DNA of 64,000 nt from a virus. Taxonomy: Duplodnaviria; Caudoviricetes. Shown here one piece after another: positions 1 to 12,200 of the stretch. The stretch is from the IMG/VR virus record IMGVR_UViG_3300021959_007005. One strand, given 5' to 3'. Within the stretch, counting starts at the first letter, position 1. Each line of letters starts with the position of its first letter. The notes under the pieces were generated by a model. The model was given only the letters and a program-made list of their open reading frames with translations. It made no database searches and was not told the DNA's origin. The position numbers were made by a program, and so were the translations under genes.

Positions 1-3000
1 CATCACTTAATAATGTCCATTCGTTTAACGGAAGTGCATTACTATCATATATTTGGTTAACTTGTATTACTGAGTTTTTATTAACATAATTGTCTACATT
101 GTTTATAAACAATAAATTACTGCTACTCGCTGCACACCAACTTAGATCAAATCCACTAGGGTTCTCCATCAATCTTGCTAATTGATAAGTGTTGTAGTTT
201 CTTTGTCCACTATAGCTAGTTTTGTTCTTAACCCAAAAGTAATAAAACGTTTCACTCTCGTTGGATTTATTATTATAATAGGTTTGTTCTGCCCAATAAT
301 ACAACTGTTCGCCATCTAGCATTACTGAATATGCTTCTCCGCTTGCTGGTTTACCATCAACTAAGTTTCCAAAACTAACAAATTGTTCCCACTGTTCAGG
401 TAAAACTGGACTGCGTGTCCATTCATAAATGTCAATACTTGCACCATCAAACAATCTACCCCAATTACTTTGTTGATAATCAATACTACCTTGTTCATAG
501 TTTAAATAAATTGCACTGTTAATATCCCACCAACGCTGTCCAACATTGGTTGCTCCCCAACATCTAGCTTCATCTAATTGACCGTCAATAGTAGTATGAT
601 TATATGTTGCAATATCACTACTTACTATGAAATCAATTTCGTTTTTAATAAACCCAGGAATAATACCTTTTGCTGGATCAAATGTTTCTATAGTAGTAAT
701 CGTAGTTTGCGATTTAGCATCATAGATTTTAACATTTTCTATTAGATCATTTCTAGCCTGATTTGGCATAGATCTAATTGCTAACCATTCACCATTTGTA
801 TGTCCAACTGTATTACTAAACGTGCCAGTCCACTTATATACAGTTGGTGTGCCTGTGTTGTCATCATTAACATATGCATAAATGGGAGTTTGTTGATTAT
901 TTTGTCTATAGCCACTAAAGTTAAATTTATACGCACCACCTGAATTTGGTGTACCTTTTAGTACCTTAGTATTATACTCAGTGTCTAATGTTGCTTTGTC
1001 TTTAAATGTAACATTTTTTAGTGGATATACATTTCCTTCTGTAGCTTCCGTTTCAATATATTCATCTATATAAAATTTATTTGATGATGACGTATCAACT
1101 TTGGTTACTTTATGTATTCCATCAATATTTGGTTTACTATTACTACCACGTATTAATACATAATCACCAACTAATACATTGTGTGCTTGTGAATTTGCCA
1201 AAATAATTTCTGCATCGTCTGCTTCAGTGATTCCAGCACAAATTCTATGTGCATACATTCCAAAGTCCATTGTTTGGTAAACGGCATAGCCCCTATTAAA
1301 GTTTCCTTGGAAACTATTATCAGCAACCCATATACTAAACAAGTTTGGATCATAAGTCATTTGTTGAAATACTACATTATTATTTACTATAGCTTCAAAT
1401 ACATTTGATACTGTACTTTGGGTTGCACTATATGTTAGTGCAGTAAGTCCAACTGAACTGTTACTAGTACCTGCACCAATAATAAGGATAGGGTTTGTAC
1501 TGGTTATTTTTAGTCTGTTATTACTATTACTTGCTGTAACACCAGTAATTCCTTTACTGTTAATTTTTCCAATTATTGAAGTAATGTCTAGATTAACGTC
1601 AGTTTCAGTTGTTGTTGTACCAGCAAGGATAACACCAGTTGTCAACCCTATTACACTATTTGATGTACCACCACCAATAAACAAGGTAGCGGCATTACAG
1701 TTTATTTGTAATAAGTTTGTGTTTGAACTATTAATCTGAGCAGTTATACTTGTAATGCTAGCTGCATTAATTTGATCAACAACTTGTGCAATTGTTAAAT
1801 TTGGAGTACTTGATGCAACACTACTAGTTGCTGATGTTGTATCAGCTGGTATACCCACATCACCATTTGCTGTTCCTGAACCAATAATTAAATCAAACGC
1901 AACACCAGGAGTAGATGTTGTCTTAGTTATACGCAATCTATTACTGCTATTTTGTACTGTAATATTTGCTATACCAATTGATGTAATTCTATTAATAATA
2001 TCACTCAGTGTGTATACTTTAAATCCACTTGTTGTTTCTGTAGTTACAATTGTGCTTGGCGTGATAACACTGCTAGCATTAGCTGAGTTTGTTAAGTATG
2101 TTTTAAACCCAAGCATGTATTGACCATTTGCAATCGCAGCCTGTGATCCAGATATATGTGCTGGTGTAATAATTTGTGTTCCAGCTAATACTGCTGATGC
2201 AGTATATGGACTACCATTTAATAAGTTTATGATAGCAACGTCATCTGTTATTAATGCAGCAAGTTGACTTTGATAAGCTGGTGCAGCATTGTATTCTACA
2301 AGAAGTTGACTAATATTTAATTGTCCAGCACTTGTACAGTATGTGGACATAAAGCTAGCCCAAGCCGCGGCGCCATTAACTGCTACATATGCACTTCTTA
2401 ATGCTTCAAGTGCAGCAATTCTATTGGTACTACTATGTGAAATACCAGCAGTACTAAATGCATTACTATATGCAACACTGGCAGTAATGTTTGCTGTATT
2501 ATTTTGTGTTTCATTGAATGGTATTGTGTTACCATCAATAATTAATGTTTTAGCTGCACTACCATTAATAGTTGGGTTAGTTGTGGTTCCGTTTATTACA
2601 ATATCATTAAACGTTGTTGTATTCACCACGTTAGAAAATACAATTGTTTGCGCCGTTGCAGATGTCGTGCCTAAAATTAAACTACTACCATGAGTAACTA
2701 CGTTTGAGCTAACTAAATCATTTCCACCGATTTTTTGTATTACGCCTTGTACTGTTGATGTTGCAGTACGTGTCAGTGGAATTGATATATTATCTAATAT
2801 CAGTGTGTTTGATAAATTACTAGCTACATTTGGTAATGTAATACTTCCGATTACTTCAATTGGATCATTTGGTGTAGTTAAGCCACTACTGCCATCAATG
2901 TCCACCATTTGCCACGTTTTGCCTTGGTGTAAAATTTTGTCATTAAATTTGTAGCTTGTTCTATTATTCCAAGCATAAATGTCTTGCCATTCTCCTGAAA

Positions 3001-6000
3001 AATTATAATCAGTTTTTGTTTCCAAAGGAAACGTTGCAAGATCATCTCTGTTTATTACTCTGTAATCTACTTCACTTGTTAGCGGTAATCCTGCAGTTAT
3101 AAAGTCATTAGCATAAGTTTCTTCATAACTAATAGTATCACCAGATTCTAAAATTCTTGGAAGTCTAGTTGTAAAGTTGTCTCCTGGAGTACCAGTAACA
3201 AGTAACGGACTATTATGATCAACATCAATAACAACATCAGTTAAAACATCATTAACTTCTTCTGCGCTAAATCTAACTGCCTGTGGGCTAGTAGTTAATA
3301 AGTCTGGTGTTATTTGAAATTCTATAGTATCTCTACTACGTGTATCACCATAATCAGCTGTTCTGATTGCCCACTCTTCATGTATATTTGCCGTTGCATC
3401 ACCATCAAATAATGATTTATTTTTCATAAACGCATCTAATGCAAGTCGTGTACCTCTATATTTTCGAGTACCTTTTATGAATTCATACAATGTGTCATCA
3501 TCTATGTCAAGTTTAGAACTCCATTCTGGTTTGTTATATCCAACATTAAATCTTGCAACATCAACAATTTGTTGATTATTGATGGTGTTCCCTCTTCCAT
3601 AATACTGGTCCATTTCTCTTGCACTAGTATCTAAGTTATCCACAATAGTATTATCAGTTATAATATAGCCTGGTGCATATAGCTTACCATTCCAGTTCTT
3701 AGTTTTACTACCACGCCATTTAATTCTTGTATGTCTTTGCCCAAGTGCTGGATTATAGATAACATCATCAAAATTTGTACTATTATCAAATACAATCGCA
3801 TGTTCAAGTTCAACTTTGTAAAGTCTAATACCCGCAATAAATGTTTTATCAGGATCTTTAACTGATATTGTTGTTATTGCATCTTCACCTTTATCAAATT
3901 CACGAACTATATAAATTTCACTACTGCTGATTTGTTTACCATATGGATCTATTAAATTATAAACCCCATCATATTTGCGATCAATATTATCATAATATCC
4001 AACTGGACCATCAGCAATGCTGATTGTGCTAGTACTAGGCATTAACACACTTGATTCATTTAATATTGCAGTATCAGCCCATTGTAGGAAGTTGCTTGCC
4101 ATTGCATCCCAAGTTTCCTGCCACCCCTGTTGCCTTGCATATTCGCCATAACCACGTATTACGTCATAAACCGCTTGCTCACTTAAAAGAACAGTGTTAT
4201 AAGATAGTGAGTGTAAAGTTTGCCCAAAGTTTAAATATTTTGTAACACTGAACTTATCACTTACTACTGTAGTACTTGTACCGCCTTCATTTGTAGCGTA
4301 ATACTTGAATGATCCGTCACTATTGTCAAATCCAGATATACTATAACCAGTACTTACTTTTTTAACTTTAACGCCACCAATAAAAAGTTCTTTATTGGGC
4401 TTAGTAGTATAAAAAATAGTGTTATAATTTTCTTCTGGTAATGCAACTTTTCCTTTATCTTGGCTACTTTCCAAGATAAAGTTTTGATTATTTGTGTTAA
4501 CAAATCCTCCTGCTCTAACAATTGGATTGTATTGTAAGTTTTTAAATCTGGTTGTTAATTCAGTAGCATTGGATTTATTGTTTGTTACATAATCAACAAT
4601 ACTGTTACTCAACCCTGATACATATTTTCTAGCATCTTTGGATAAATTTACTTCAAGAGTTGCATTTCCACTAGAGATGGTTACTGTTGGTTTACTATAA
4701 TAATTTTCTCCAGGGGTTAATACTGATACTCCAGTAACAGATCCGGAACCAACTGATCCTAAAAGTTGTCCACCAAAACCAAAATTATCATATACTGTAA
4801 GTGTAGGTACTGTAGAGTATCCAGTTCCACCATCAGTTACGGTTACACTTTCAATTATACTACCTGGATATATTGTGTTACTAAGTTCTATCTGCCTGTT
4901 ATTACCAAGCTGTTTTTTATTATCATTATAATAAATTGACGAATAGTATTGGTATCCTGTAGTTTTCTTTCTAGTTAAACTATTGAAGTATGTATTTAAG
5001 ATCCAATTTGGTCTTAGTTTCATAAGACCAAATATCAGTGAAAATTTATATTCACTACTTGCACGCCAATCAGCTTCTACTGGTCCCCAATCACCAAATA
5101 CAAAATCTTTACTTGCATTTACTGGTGTAGGCGCTGTTACTATTCCTGCAGTAACTGGATCATTTAATACTCCACCTGTTGTTACTAAAGTATCAACCAT
5201 CCACTGGTATTCACTATATGTATAATTATCATCATATACTGGTGTTAGTGACGGATCAGACACTTTGCCCCATCTTAATGCAGTATTTAATGCTATACGT
5301 TTGAATGCATCAGTCCAACTATAATATGTATCCCACCAAGTTGGTTTTATGTTATGTCCTAACATTTCCCAAGGATGCGTATGTGGTCTATCTGTATTAA
5401 AATAATATGTATATAACCCTCTCCAGCCGCCAATTCCTGGTCCTACACTACTGTAATTCCATGTAAATTTATCAGTACCGTCATAATACAGAACACGATT
5501 TAGTGTTGTAACATTGTTGCGAAGTTTCCAACTATTAAATTCACTTGCTAGACTATTATTCAAATCATTCCATGTATATGCAAGTGTTTTATGAGATGTA
5601 GGCATAATTTCAGTATATGATGTAACTGTATTCAATGAGGCGTTTAAGTTATTACTAATTCTATTTTCCAAATCCCATAATGCTGCATCCTCTATACTAA
5701 ATCCAGCAATGGACTTATTAAACATCTCGGTACCTTTACGATAGTGTACACTACCATCGTGTCCAGTAATAACTGCATCTGTTGCTGTACCTGTACTAGT
5801 AAATGCATAATTATTTGCTATCTCTGGAGCATATGGCTTTACCAATCCTAATTTTACTGCACTAGGGGGAATATAGCTAACACTATCTTGTGGGTACCAT
5901 CTTATATGAGCGTATGCAAGTCCACTTGAATCAAATGTTACTACAGGATGTATATTAATTGTATTAATTGTTAGTGTGTATTCATGTGATTGTAATGGTC

Positions 6001-9000
6001 GCCAAATTGGTTCATTATTAGCGTCTAAACTGTTAATCCAAACTTGTATATGGTTTTTTGTATCGCCATAGGTGTTAACTACTTTAGGTAAATCAAATAG
6101 TTGCGGCATTGATGCTGTCCAACTGTAATCCTGGCTTTCAAAATCTTTATACATAGCCATATTACTATTATTAAATTCGCTGTCTGTATTCTTACCTAAG
6201 TTAATAGACGCTAGTGCAGCATCTACAATTTCATGTACTGGAGTTTCTAATGGGCTATTATTGTATATTTGAACAACTTTTTGTAAAAATTGTGCTTTAA
6301 ATCTTCTATAGCTCTGTGTACTGTATCTTATTGAACTATAAGGGTCAGTGTCTGGATCTGACAATAATTGTCCCAGAACTTCTGTACTGAACGGCTGTTG
6401 TCTGATAGTTCCACCAAATTCATGCAGTTGTGTCATAGTATGATAATTATTTTCACCAAATAAAGTTGTTTGGTGTTTTGGTGTGCTGTCTAATTGGTGC
6501 TGCATATGTGTCATAAGATCAGCATAGCTACTAGTTTTAAGAGTATCATTTTGTGGATTAAGTATATGAGAATCAGCTGGTAAAAAATCACCTTCAGCAT
6601 CTGCACTTAATTGACTATTACTATGATAAGTTACATCAAAAACATCGTCAATTGCTGATGTATTGATAGTAATAACTCCATTAGCATATGTATAATTTGT
6701 AAACTCAACATTATTTTTTAACACTTGAATATTAGTATTGTTTGTGTTATCTGTTACGTACACTATACCATAAATGTTAGGGTTAGTTACATTTCTATAT
6801 TTGAATGCAACTTTATTGGCAGCGCCAGCAGCAACATTTATTGTAAATTTATCGTTAGTGCCGTTTGCACCTCGAGTAATTCCACTAAATGCCGTTCCAT
6901 CTAAATTAACAAACTCAATTGCATTGGGATTAAATTTACAATGTACAGTATAGTCTACACCTTGATCCATAAACAAATGTGGATTTCCGCCGTTTGTACC
7001 TTCTACATAATAATTGTTATTTACAATACTAAAGTCAAAAGTGTTGTCCATACCAACATCAGTTGTTCCTAATGTAAATGTTACTGGTGTGGTGTTATCT
7101 GTTACTATTTTTTGTATATGTCTACGTACTGGCTGTTTATCTCTACTAACCACCCATCCATTATGATATTCACTACTTTCTATATTTTTATAGTAGTAGT
7201 AACCTGGGATTTCTTGTAAATTAGTTTGGTCTTGTGGTGTATTAATACTATTGTAGTTATATCTAATAGAACCTAATCCAAAATCAAAACTCAGTCCTGG
7301 TGTGTTACCATAGTCTATATATCTTGGGCTAAATTGTAATGCTGTGTCTAGTTTACTTGCACTGTTTCTTCCATAGTCAAAAATCTTATCACCAACAAAT
7401 GTGCTATTAGGATACACAGATGCATCTTCCAATGGAGTGAGATCAATATCATAAAGACTAAACAGTATATTAGAACTTAACCCCATTTTCTGCTGACTGT
7501 AAATCCATGAACTTCCATTCCAATGCCATTCACTCCCACTTCTTGGCGCTATTATGTCATTGGTTTGTAGTTGTGCATTATTATACCCATGTATTACACT
7601 AATCTTAGTACCAACAGTACTTGGAGTATGTACTAGTGCTAAATTTATACTAGACCCAACTCCACTTACTGTGTAAATTTTATTATTAAATGTTGCGTTT
7701 GTACTATTCAAGAATAGAACAGTGTCGCCGTCTACCAATGGTGATATTTCAACTCTATCCCAATATGCGGTCTGTGCTTTGTTTAGATTTTTCGGATCCA
7801 ATGGATCCTTGGCAATGCCATGTGCCTTTACACATTCATAATAATTTGAAACACCAAGGATAGATATTTTTACTACTTCACCAACATTATAACCTTTGTA
7901 TGCATCCCATGCGGTTGCTGTACTGGTATCAAAGTGATTCCATGAGGTCTGTCCAATAATTGCAGTTGCAGGATCAACACTTTCCTCAATTAAGTGGGTA
8001 ACATATAATGATGAATTATCTGTTGCATCATAATTAGATAGCCCAGCATTGTATTTTTCAATATTTTTTCTAAATTCAATAATAGGGCGTACTGCTCTGA
8101 ACGTATCAACTATCCAATCTTCATAAGTTTTTCCTTGATAAGTTAATACCGCTTGCGCTGCTTTCTCATGTATCCATAAGTTACTTCTTGACCATGCACT
8201 TTGATCTTGACTGATTCTAGACTCAATAATATAATCTCTAGAATAGTTCCTAGTTTCACTATCTAGTGTTGAATCAAAATCCCAAGTTGTTGATGTTTCA
8301 GTAAATCCTTCTTGTGATTGTGTTGCGAATATTGTACTATTAAGCCAAGTTCTTTTATCATATACATTATTAGCTGGCCCTATTGCATATTGTTTAGTTA
8401 GTTTAATATTATCACCAACTCCGTCAACAATATAAATGTCATCTACATTAAATGCACCACTTGTACTATGTGAATAATAAGTTTTTATTATAATTTCATC
8501 ACTAATGTTTGGCGCAGTATTAAAAGTTAAAATTCCAGTAGTTGGATCATATACATAGCTTCCAGGAAGAACACGAGTGTTATTTTTATATACTTTAACT
8601 ACTGTAGCATTATTTGATGTTGAATTAAATGTTACGTTACCAACAACACTTTGTGTAAATGTTTCAGTACTAGATGGTGTGAATCGAATACGCATACCAT
8701 TTTGTAATGCTAACGTCTTTCCACCATTTAGTGTTGGTGTAGTATAGTATGGACCATTATTAGCAATATCATCTATATCAATTGTGTTCGCTAAAGTTGC
8801 AGGAATATCACATGGTGGTAGTATATCAACTAACCAAAAATATCTATGATAATTGATAAACATATCATAGTTAACAGGCAAGTCCAAGGTATAACCATTT
8901 TCACCTAAACTTATGTTTTGTTGATTAGTTTCCGCTTCGTTAAACTTTAATGCAGAAATCATATCAGCATATGATAGCGCACTTGTAATATTGTTATTAT

Positions 9001-9298
9001 TGTCTCTGTTTACTATTCCTGGAACAAATTGATGACTGTCAACTGGTCGGTTACTTTCAAAATAACTGTCACTTGCAATTTTTTTATTATACGTCCCACC
9101 TACCACATTATTAATTGCCTGTAGACTACCACTACTCATTAATTGTTCTAATGTACTATCTAAGAATCGACCATTAATTGCTGTTTGAAAGATATTTGGA
9201 AGTAGCTCTTTTACAGAACGTGTTCCTATATAATCTACACTCTCACCAGGACGGGTGATAAGAGGGGCAATTATCGGGTTTGTTGTGCGGTCATTCAT
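1..9298 (-). CDS. Giant baseplate wedge/structural protein (gp7-like), >=3099 aa, 3'-truncated by the window edge
   Basis: ATG at 9298 overlaps the gp6 stop (MNDRTTNPIIAPLITRPGE...LPNIFQT...YDMFINYHRYFWLVD). The same frame reads open at spot checks (~1400-2340, HPWEMLG near 5370, and ...NQIYDSNALPLNEWTLLSD at 2-58). It is absent from the ORF track, as expected if no stop occurs before the edge. Confidence 0.85.
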   Translation of the reverse strand, partial: MNDRTTNPIIAPLITRPGESVDYIGTRSVKELLPNIFQTAINGRFLDSTLEQLMSSGSLQAINNVVGGTYNKKIASDSYFESNRPVDSHQFVPGIVNRDNNNNITSALSYADMISALKFNEAETNQQNISLGENGYTLDLPVNYDMFINYHRYFWLVDILPPCDIPATLANTIDIDDIANNGPYYTTPTLNGGKTLALQNGMRIRFTPSSTETFTQSVVGNVTFNSTSNNATVVKVYKNNTRVLPGSYVYDPTTGILTFNTAPNISDEIIIKTYYSHSTSGAFNVDDIYIVDGVGDNIKLTKQYAIGPANNVYDKRTWLNSTIFATQSQEGFTETSTTWDFDSTLDSETRNYSRDYIIESRISQDQSAWSRSNLWIHEKAAQAVLTYQGKTYEDWIVDTFRAVRPIIEFRKNIEKYNAGLSNYDATDNSSLYVTHLIEESVDPATAIIGQTSWNHFDTSTATAWDAYKGYNVGEVVKISILGVSNYYECVKAHGIAKDPLDPKNLNKAQTAYWDRVEISPLVDGDTVLFLNSTNATFNNKIYTVSGVGSSINLALVHTPSTVGTKISVIHGYNNAQLQTNDIIAPRSGSEWHWNGSSWIYSQQKMGLSSNILFSLYDIDLTPLEDASVYPNSTFVGDKIFDYGRNSASKLDTALQFSPRYIDYGNTPGLSFDFGLGSIRYNYNSINTPQDQTNLQEIPGYYYYKNIESSEYHNGWVVSRDKQPVRRHIQKIVTDNTTPVTFTLGTTDVGMDNTFDFSIVNNNYYVEGTNGGNPHLFMDQGVDYTVHCKFNPNAIEFVNLDGTAFSGITRGANGTNDKFTINVAAGAANKVAFKYRNVTNPNIYGIVYVTDNTNNTNIQVLKNNVEFTNYTYANGVITINTSAIDDVFDVTYHSNSQLSADAEGDFLPADSHILNPQNDTLKTSSYADLMTHMQHQLDSTPKHQTTLFGENNYHTMTQLHEFGGTIRQQPFSTEVLGQLLSDPDTDPYSSIRYSTQSYRRFKAQFLQKVVQIYNNSPLETPVHEIVDAALASINLGKNTDSEFNNSNMAMYKDFESQDYSWTASMPQLFDLPKVVNTYGDTKNHIQVWINSLDANNEPIWRPLQSHEYTLTINTINIHPVVTFDSSGLAYAHIRWYPQDSVSYIPPSAVKLGLVKPYAPEIANNYAFTSTGTATDAVITGHDGSVHYRKGTEMFNKSIAGFSIEDAALWDLENRISNNLNASLNTVTSYTEIMPTSHKTLAYTWNDLNNSLASEFNSWKLRNNVTTLNRVLYYDGTDKFTWNYSSVGPGIGGWRGLYTYYFNTDRPHTHPWEMLGHNIKPTWWDTYYSWTDAFKRIALNTALRWGKVSDPSLTPVYDDNYTYSEYQWMVDTLVTTGGVLNDPVTAGIVTAPTPVNASKDFVFGDWGPVEADWRASSEYKFSLIFGLMKLRPNWILNTYFNSLTRKKTTGYQYYSSIYYNDNKKQLGNNRQIELSNTIYPGSIIESVTVTDGGTGYSTVPTLTVYDNFGFGGQLLGSVGSGSVTGVSVLTPGENYYSKPTVTISSGNATLEVNLSKDARKYVSGLSNSIVDYVTNNKSNATELTTRFKNLQYNPIVRAGGFVNTNNQNFILESSQDKGKVALPEENYNTIFYTTKPNKELFIGGVKVKKVSTGYSISGFDNSDGSFKYYATNEGGTSTTVVSDKFSVTKYLNFGQTLHSLSYNTVLLSEQAVYDVIRGYGEYARQQGWQETWDAMASNFLQWADTAILNESSVLMPSTSTISIADGPVGYYDNIDRKYDGVYNLIDPYGKQISSSEIYIVREFDKGEDAITTISVKDPDKTFIAGIRLYKVELEHAIVFDNSTNFDDVIYNPALGQRHTRIKWRGSKTKNWNGKLYAPGYIITDNTIVDNLDTSAREMDQYYGRGNTINNQQIVDVARFNVGYNKPEWSSKLDIDDDTLYEFIKGTRKYRGTRLALDAFMKNKSLFDGDATANIHEEWAIRTADYGDTRSRDTIEFQITPDLLTTSPQAVRFSAEEVNDVLTDVVIDVDHNSPLLVTGTPGDNFTTRLPRILESGDTISYEETYANDFITAGLPLTSEVDYRVINRDDLATFPLETKTDYNFSGEWQDIYAWNNRTSYKFNDKILHQGKTWQMVDIDGSSGLTTPNDPIEVIGSITLPNVASNLSNTLILDNISIPLTRTATSTVQGVIQKIGGNDLVSSNVVTHGSSLILGTTSATAQTIVFSNVVNTTTFNDIVINGTTTNPTINGSAAKTLIIDGNTIPFNETQNNTANITASVAYSNAFSTAGISHSSTNRIAALEALRSAYVAVNGAAAWASFMSTYCTSAGQLNISQLLVEYNAAPAYQSQLAALITDDVAIINLLNGSPYTASAVLAGTQIITPAHISGSQAAIANGQYMLGFKTYLTNSANASSVITPSTIVTTETTSGFKVYTLSDIINRITSIGIANITVQNSSNRLRITKTTSTPGVAFDLIIGSGTANGDVGIPADTTSATSSVASSTPNLTIAQVVDQINAASITSITAQINSSNTNLLQINCNAATLFIGGGTSNSVIGLTTGVILAGTTTTETDVNLDITSIIGKINSKGITGVTASNSNNRLKITSTNPILIIGAGTSNSSVGLTALTYSATQSTVSNVFEAIVNNNVVFQQMTYDPNLFSIWVADNSFQGNFNRGYAVYQTMDFGMYAHRICAGITEADDAEIILANSQAHNVLVGDYVLIRGSNSKPNIDGIHKVTKVDTSSSNKFYIDEYIETEATEGNVYPLKNVTFKDKATLDTEYNTKVLKGTPNSGGAYKFNFSGYRQNNQQTPIYAYVNDDNTGTPTVYKWTGTFSNTVGHTNGEWLAIRSMPNQARNDLIENVKIYDAKSQTTITTIETFDPAKGIIPGFIKNEIDFIVSSDIATYNHTTIDGQLDEARCWGATNVGQRWWDINSAIYLNYEQGSIDYQQSNWGRLFDGASIDIYEWTRSPVLPEQWEQFVSFGNLVDGKPASGEAYSVMLDGEQLYYWAEQTYYNNKSNESETFYYFWVKNKTSYSGQRNYNTYQLARLMENPSGFDLSWCAASSSNLLFINNVDNYVNKNSVIQVNQIYDSNALPLNEWTLLSD

Positions 9299-12200
9299 GT
9301 GATGCTAACTCCAGTATTTGCAGCAATTGTAGTAGCATTATTACTAACACTATTACTAATAGTTATATTCCCAGTGGTTAGCACTGGTAAAAATAACTCG
9401 TCACTATCTGATATTATTTCAAACAGTTCTGTTGTTTCAGCTTGTGCTGAAACTGGACTAATTGTAACTTGACTAATTTGTCCTATCATATTATTATGAA
9501 TAAACGCAGCTAGTTCTGTAAAATAAAATGTTTCACCAAAGTCCCAGTTGTCAATTGCAAAATATTCAGTGATTAATTTGATTACTTGTTGTTTAACTTC
9601 AGTATCGCTCATTGTGGCGGTACTAGTACGACTAACATTAAATTTAGCTTGAAGTTCACTACTAGCCAAATCACCAAATAATATTTTATATTTTACTGGC
9701 CGATATATAATCTGATCACTTATACTTTTTTTGTTTTCTAAACTCTGAAACATTTCTCCTAGTTCAGTAACAGTTGGATTATTTGGCTTTGTTTGTGGCA
9801 ATCCATCATATAATGCCCATGCTCTATATAAATTATCGTAACTTGACAATAGTACATACGTATCTATAATATTTGTAGTACTTGGATCAATTACTTGATT
9901 TACATCAGCTATTCTACTATACTTTGATCTAAGATTACTTCTGCCAATAACCGCAGTATTTCCTGCACTGTTTTCATTATCATAAACAGTAAAGTTGTAA
10001 CCATTTTCACGTATAGTTTTTAGTTTGATTGTCCCGTTATTAATAATTCTGTTAAATGATTCTGGATCATTAGGGAACCCATCTTTATTTGGATCACTAA
10101 TTGATACTCTAATTTTATGAGGATCAGTGTATCCATCAGCATATGTAAAGTAACCTACTACATTAAAGTCATAATTTTTACCTAAGGGCACACTACTAGA
10201 TGTACTCTCTGCATTTATGTCTAATACTCTAAGACTATCTCTTAGTGGCTTTAGGGTATCACTACTAAATGATTCTTCAAAATTTAGGTTATTAAATCTA
10301 ACAGTTTGATCACTTCCGTAAATATATCGAGTTTTTCTTGTAAGTATTTCCCATTGTGAACTACTATAGTTAACTCGTAATATCCAACTTTGATCAGCAC
10401 CTGTGCTAGTATTATCACCTTCGTATGATCTGCTCCAATTACTAGCTAAGTTATTAGTTGTACTACTAGTTGGTAAATTTGCGCTTTCTACAATAACCCA
10501 TTCTTGGTTTGTTGCATCATATCTCAAACCAAAACTATTGTTTGCATCTAATTTACTAATTAAATTACTTTTTACTGTTTTAGTTGTGTCATTTACCCAA
10601 CTTGGAACAATACGATTAATTCTAGCACCTGTTGGTATTACAGCGTCTAATGATATTGCGCCTTTGCCTGATGCATCATCACCAGTTGGTGTTCCGTCAG
10701 ATGCGTCAATACCAAGTCCATCTTTATAGATATTGGTTACTCTTGCCCATTTAGTATCTGCGCTTGCTATTGTACATTTTGCTATAGCACCAGTACCACC
10801 ACCGCCAGTAAAACTTATACTAGTAGCATCTGTATAATTTACACCACTATTACTAATTGTTACACTAACAACAACACCTGCATTGATGTTTGCAATTGCA
10901 GATGCATCTGCACCGCTACCACCAATTACGACTGTAGGAGGGGTTGTATATCCACTTCCACCTGCTGTTACACTAATTGTATTAATATAACCACTTTTAA
11001 ATGGAGTAGTAATAAATTCTACTAAACTGTTTTTTTGTATTTTTTTCATTGGGTCAGCTGCTAGCTTGCCAACTCTTTGTACTGGCGTATTAAATGTAAT
11101 ATATCCAGTACTTGTATTGCTTGCGCTTGTTGACTGATTCCAACGATATGTATTTGTTATTGATCCGTCTATTGTAAAACTTGTAATGCCAGCCGTAGTA
11201 TCTGTATAATGTAATTCGGCGGTTGCTGCTGGTAATCCACTATAATAATGTTTATTATAGAAAAAATTCTTTACTTCTGGATTGTCAAGTATAGGTTTTA
11301 AAAATCTTTGATATAATTGTTCACTGTTATATCTACTAGGCAATGCAACAATATTTCGAGTAGTTATATCCTCTTGATACAAGTATCCATCATCCATGAA
11401 CTGCACGGCATCAGTATAAGTTGCTGTTGGGTCATACAAATCACGATATCTACTATGCCCACTGTGTACACGGTTAATGCTTTTGATCTTACGAATGTTT
11501 TCGCTAACTGTTAATGGAAAAATACTATAGTCGTCTGCTGTAACCATTCTATCTTGTGTAGCAAAAAATCTACTTGCATTGACTTTAATACTATTGAGGC
11601 TTTCACGCTCACTTGCATTAGTAACATTTGACTTTAAGCTGCACCCCAATGATGCTTCATATGTATTTCCATCTTCGCCAACATAACTAAATTTATATGT
11701 TGTACCGCTAAAATTATTAGAGTTTAACGTATATGTTTGATTAAGTCCAGTTCTATACCATACTCTAACAATGCCACGTGGAATATTACCAAACGCACCA
11801 TCACCAAATACAATACTAACTTGATCATCTTCTCTGCTAGTAACTGTGTAAATATTTTTGTTACCATTACTGATCGCATTAAAAATACTACTACTACCAA
11901 ATTGTCTATCTATTCGTGTCCAATTAGCTTGAACTTGGCCTACTTCGTCAACTGTTTGTACCCAAATATTGCCATTTGCAATATTGTTTACATTAATATC
12001 AAGTACCATATTAGGTAAGCCATTTTGTATTGAGAAATCTTTATTCTCTAACGTACCCTGTTTAAATCCTACAAAAAATCCAGTGTTTGGACTACTAAAT
12101 CCACTGTTATCATTTCTATAAACCATATCAAAAACACCATAAGGGTCAGGAGATTTTTCTTGCAATACGTTTTCTGTTTGATTATAAGCAATACTGTGTA

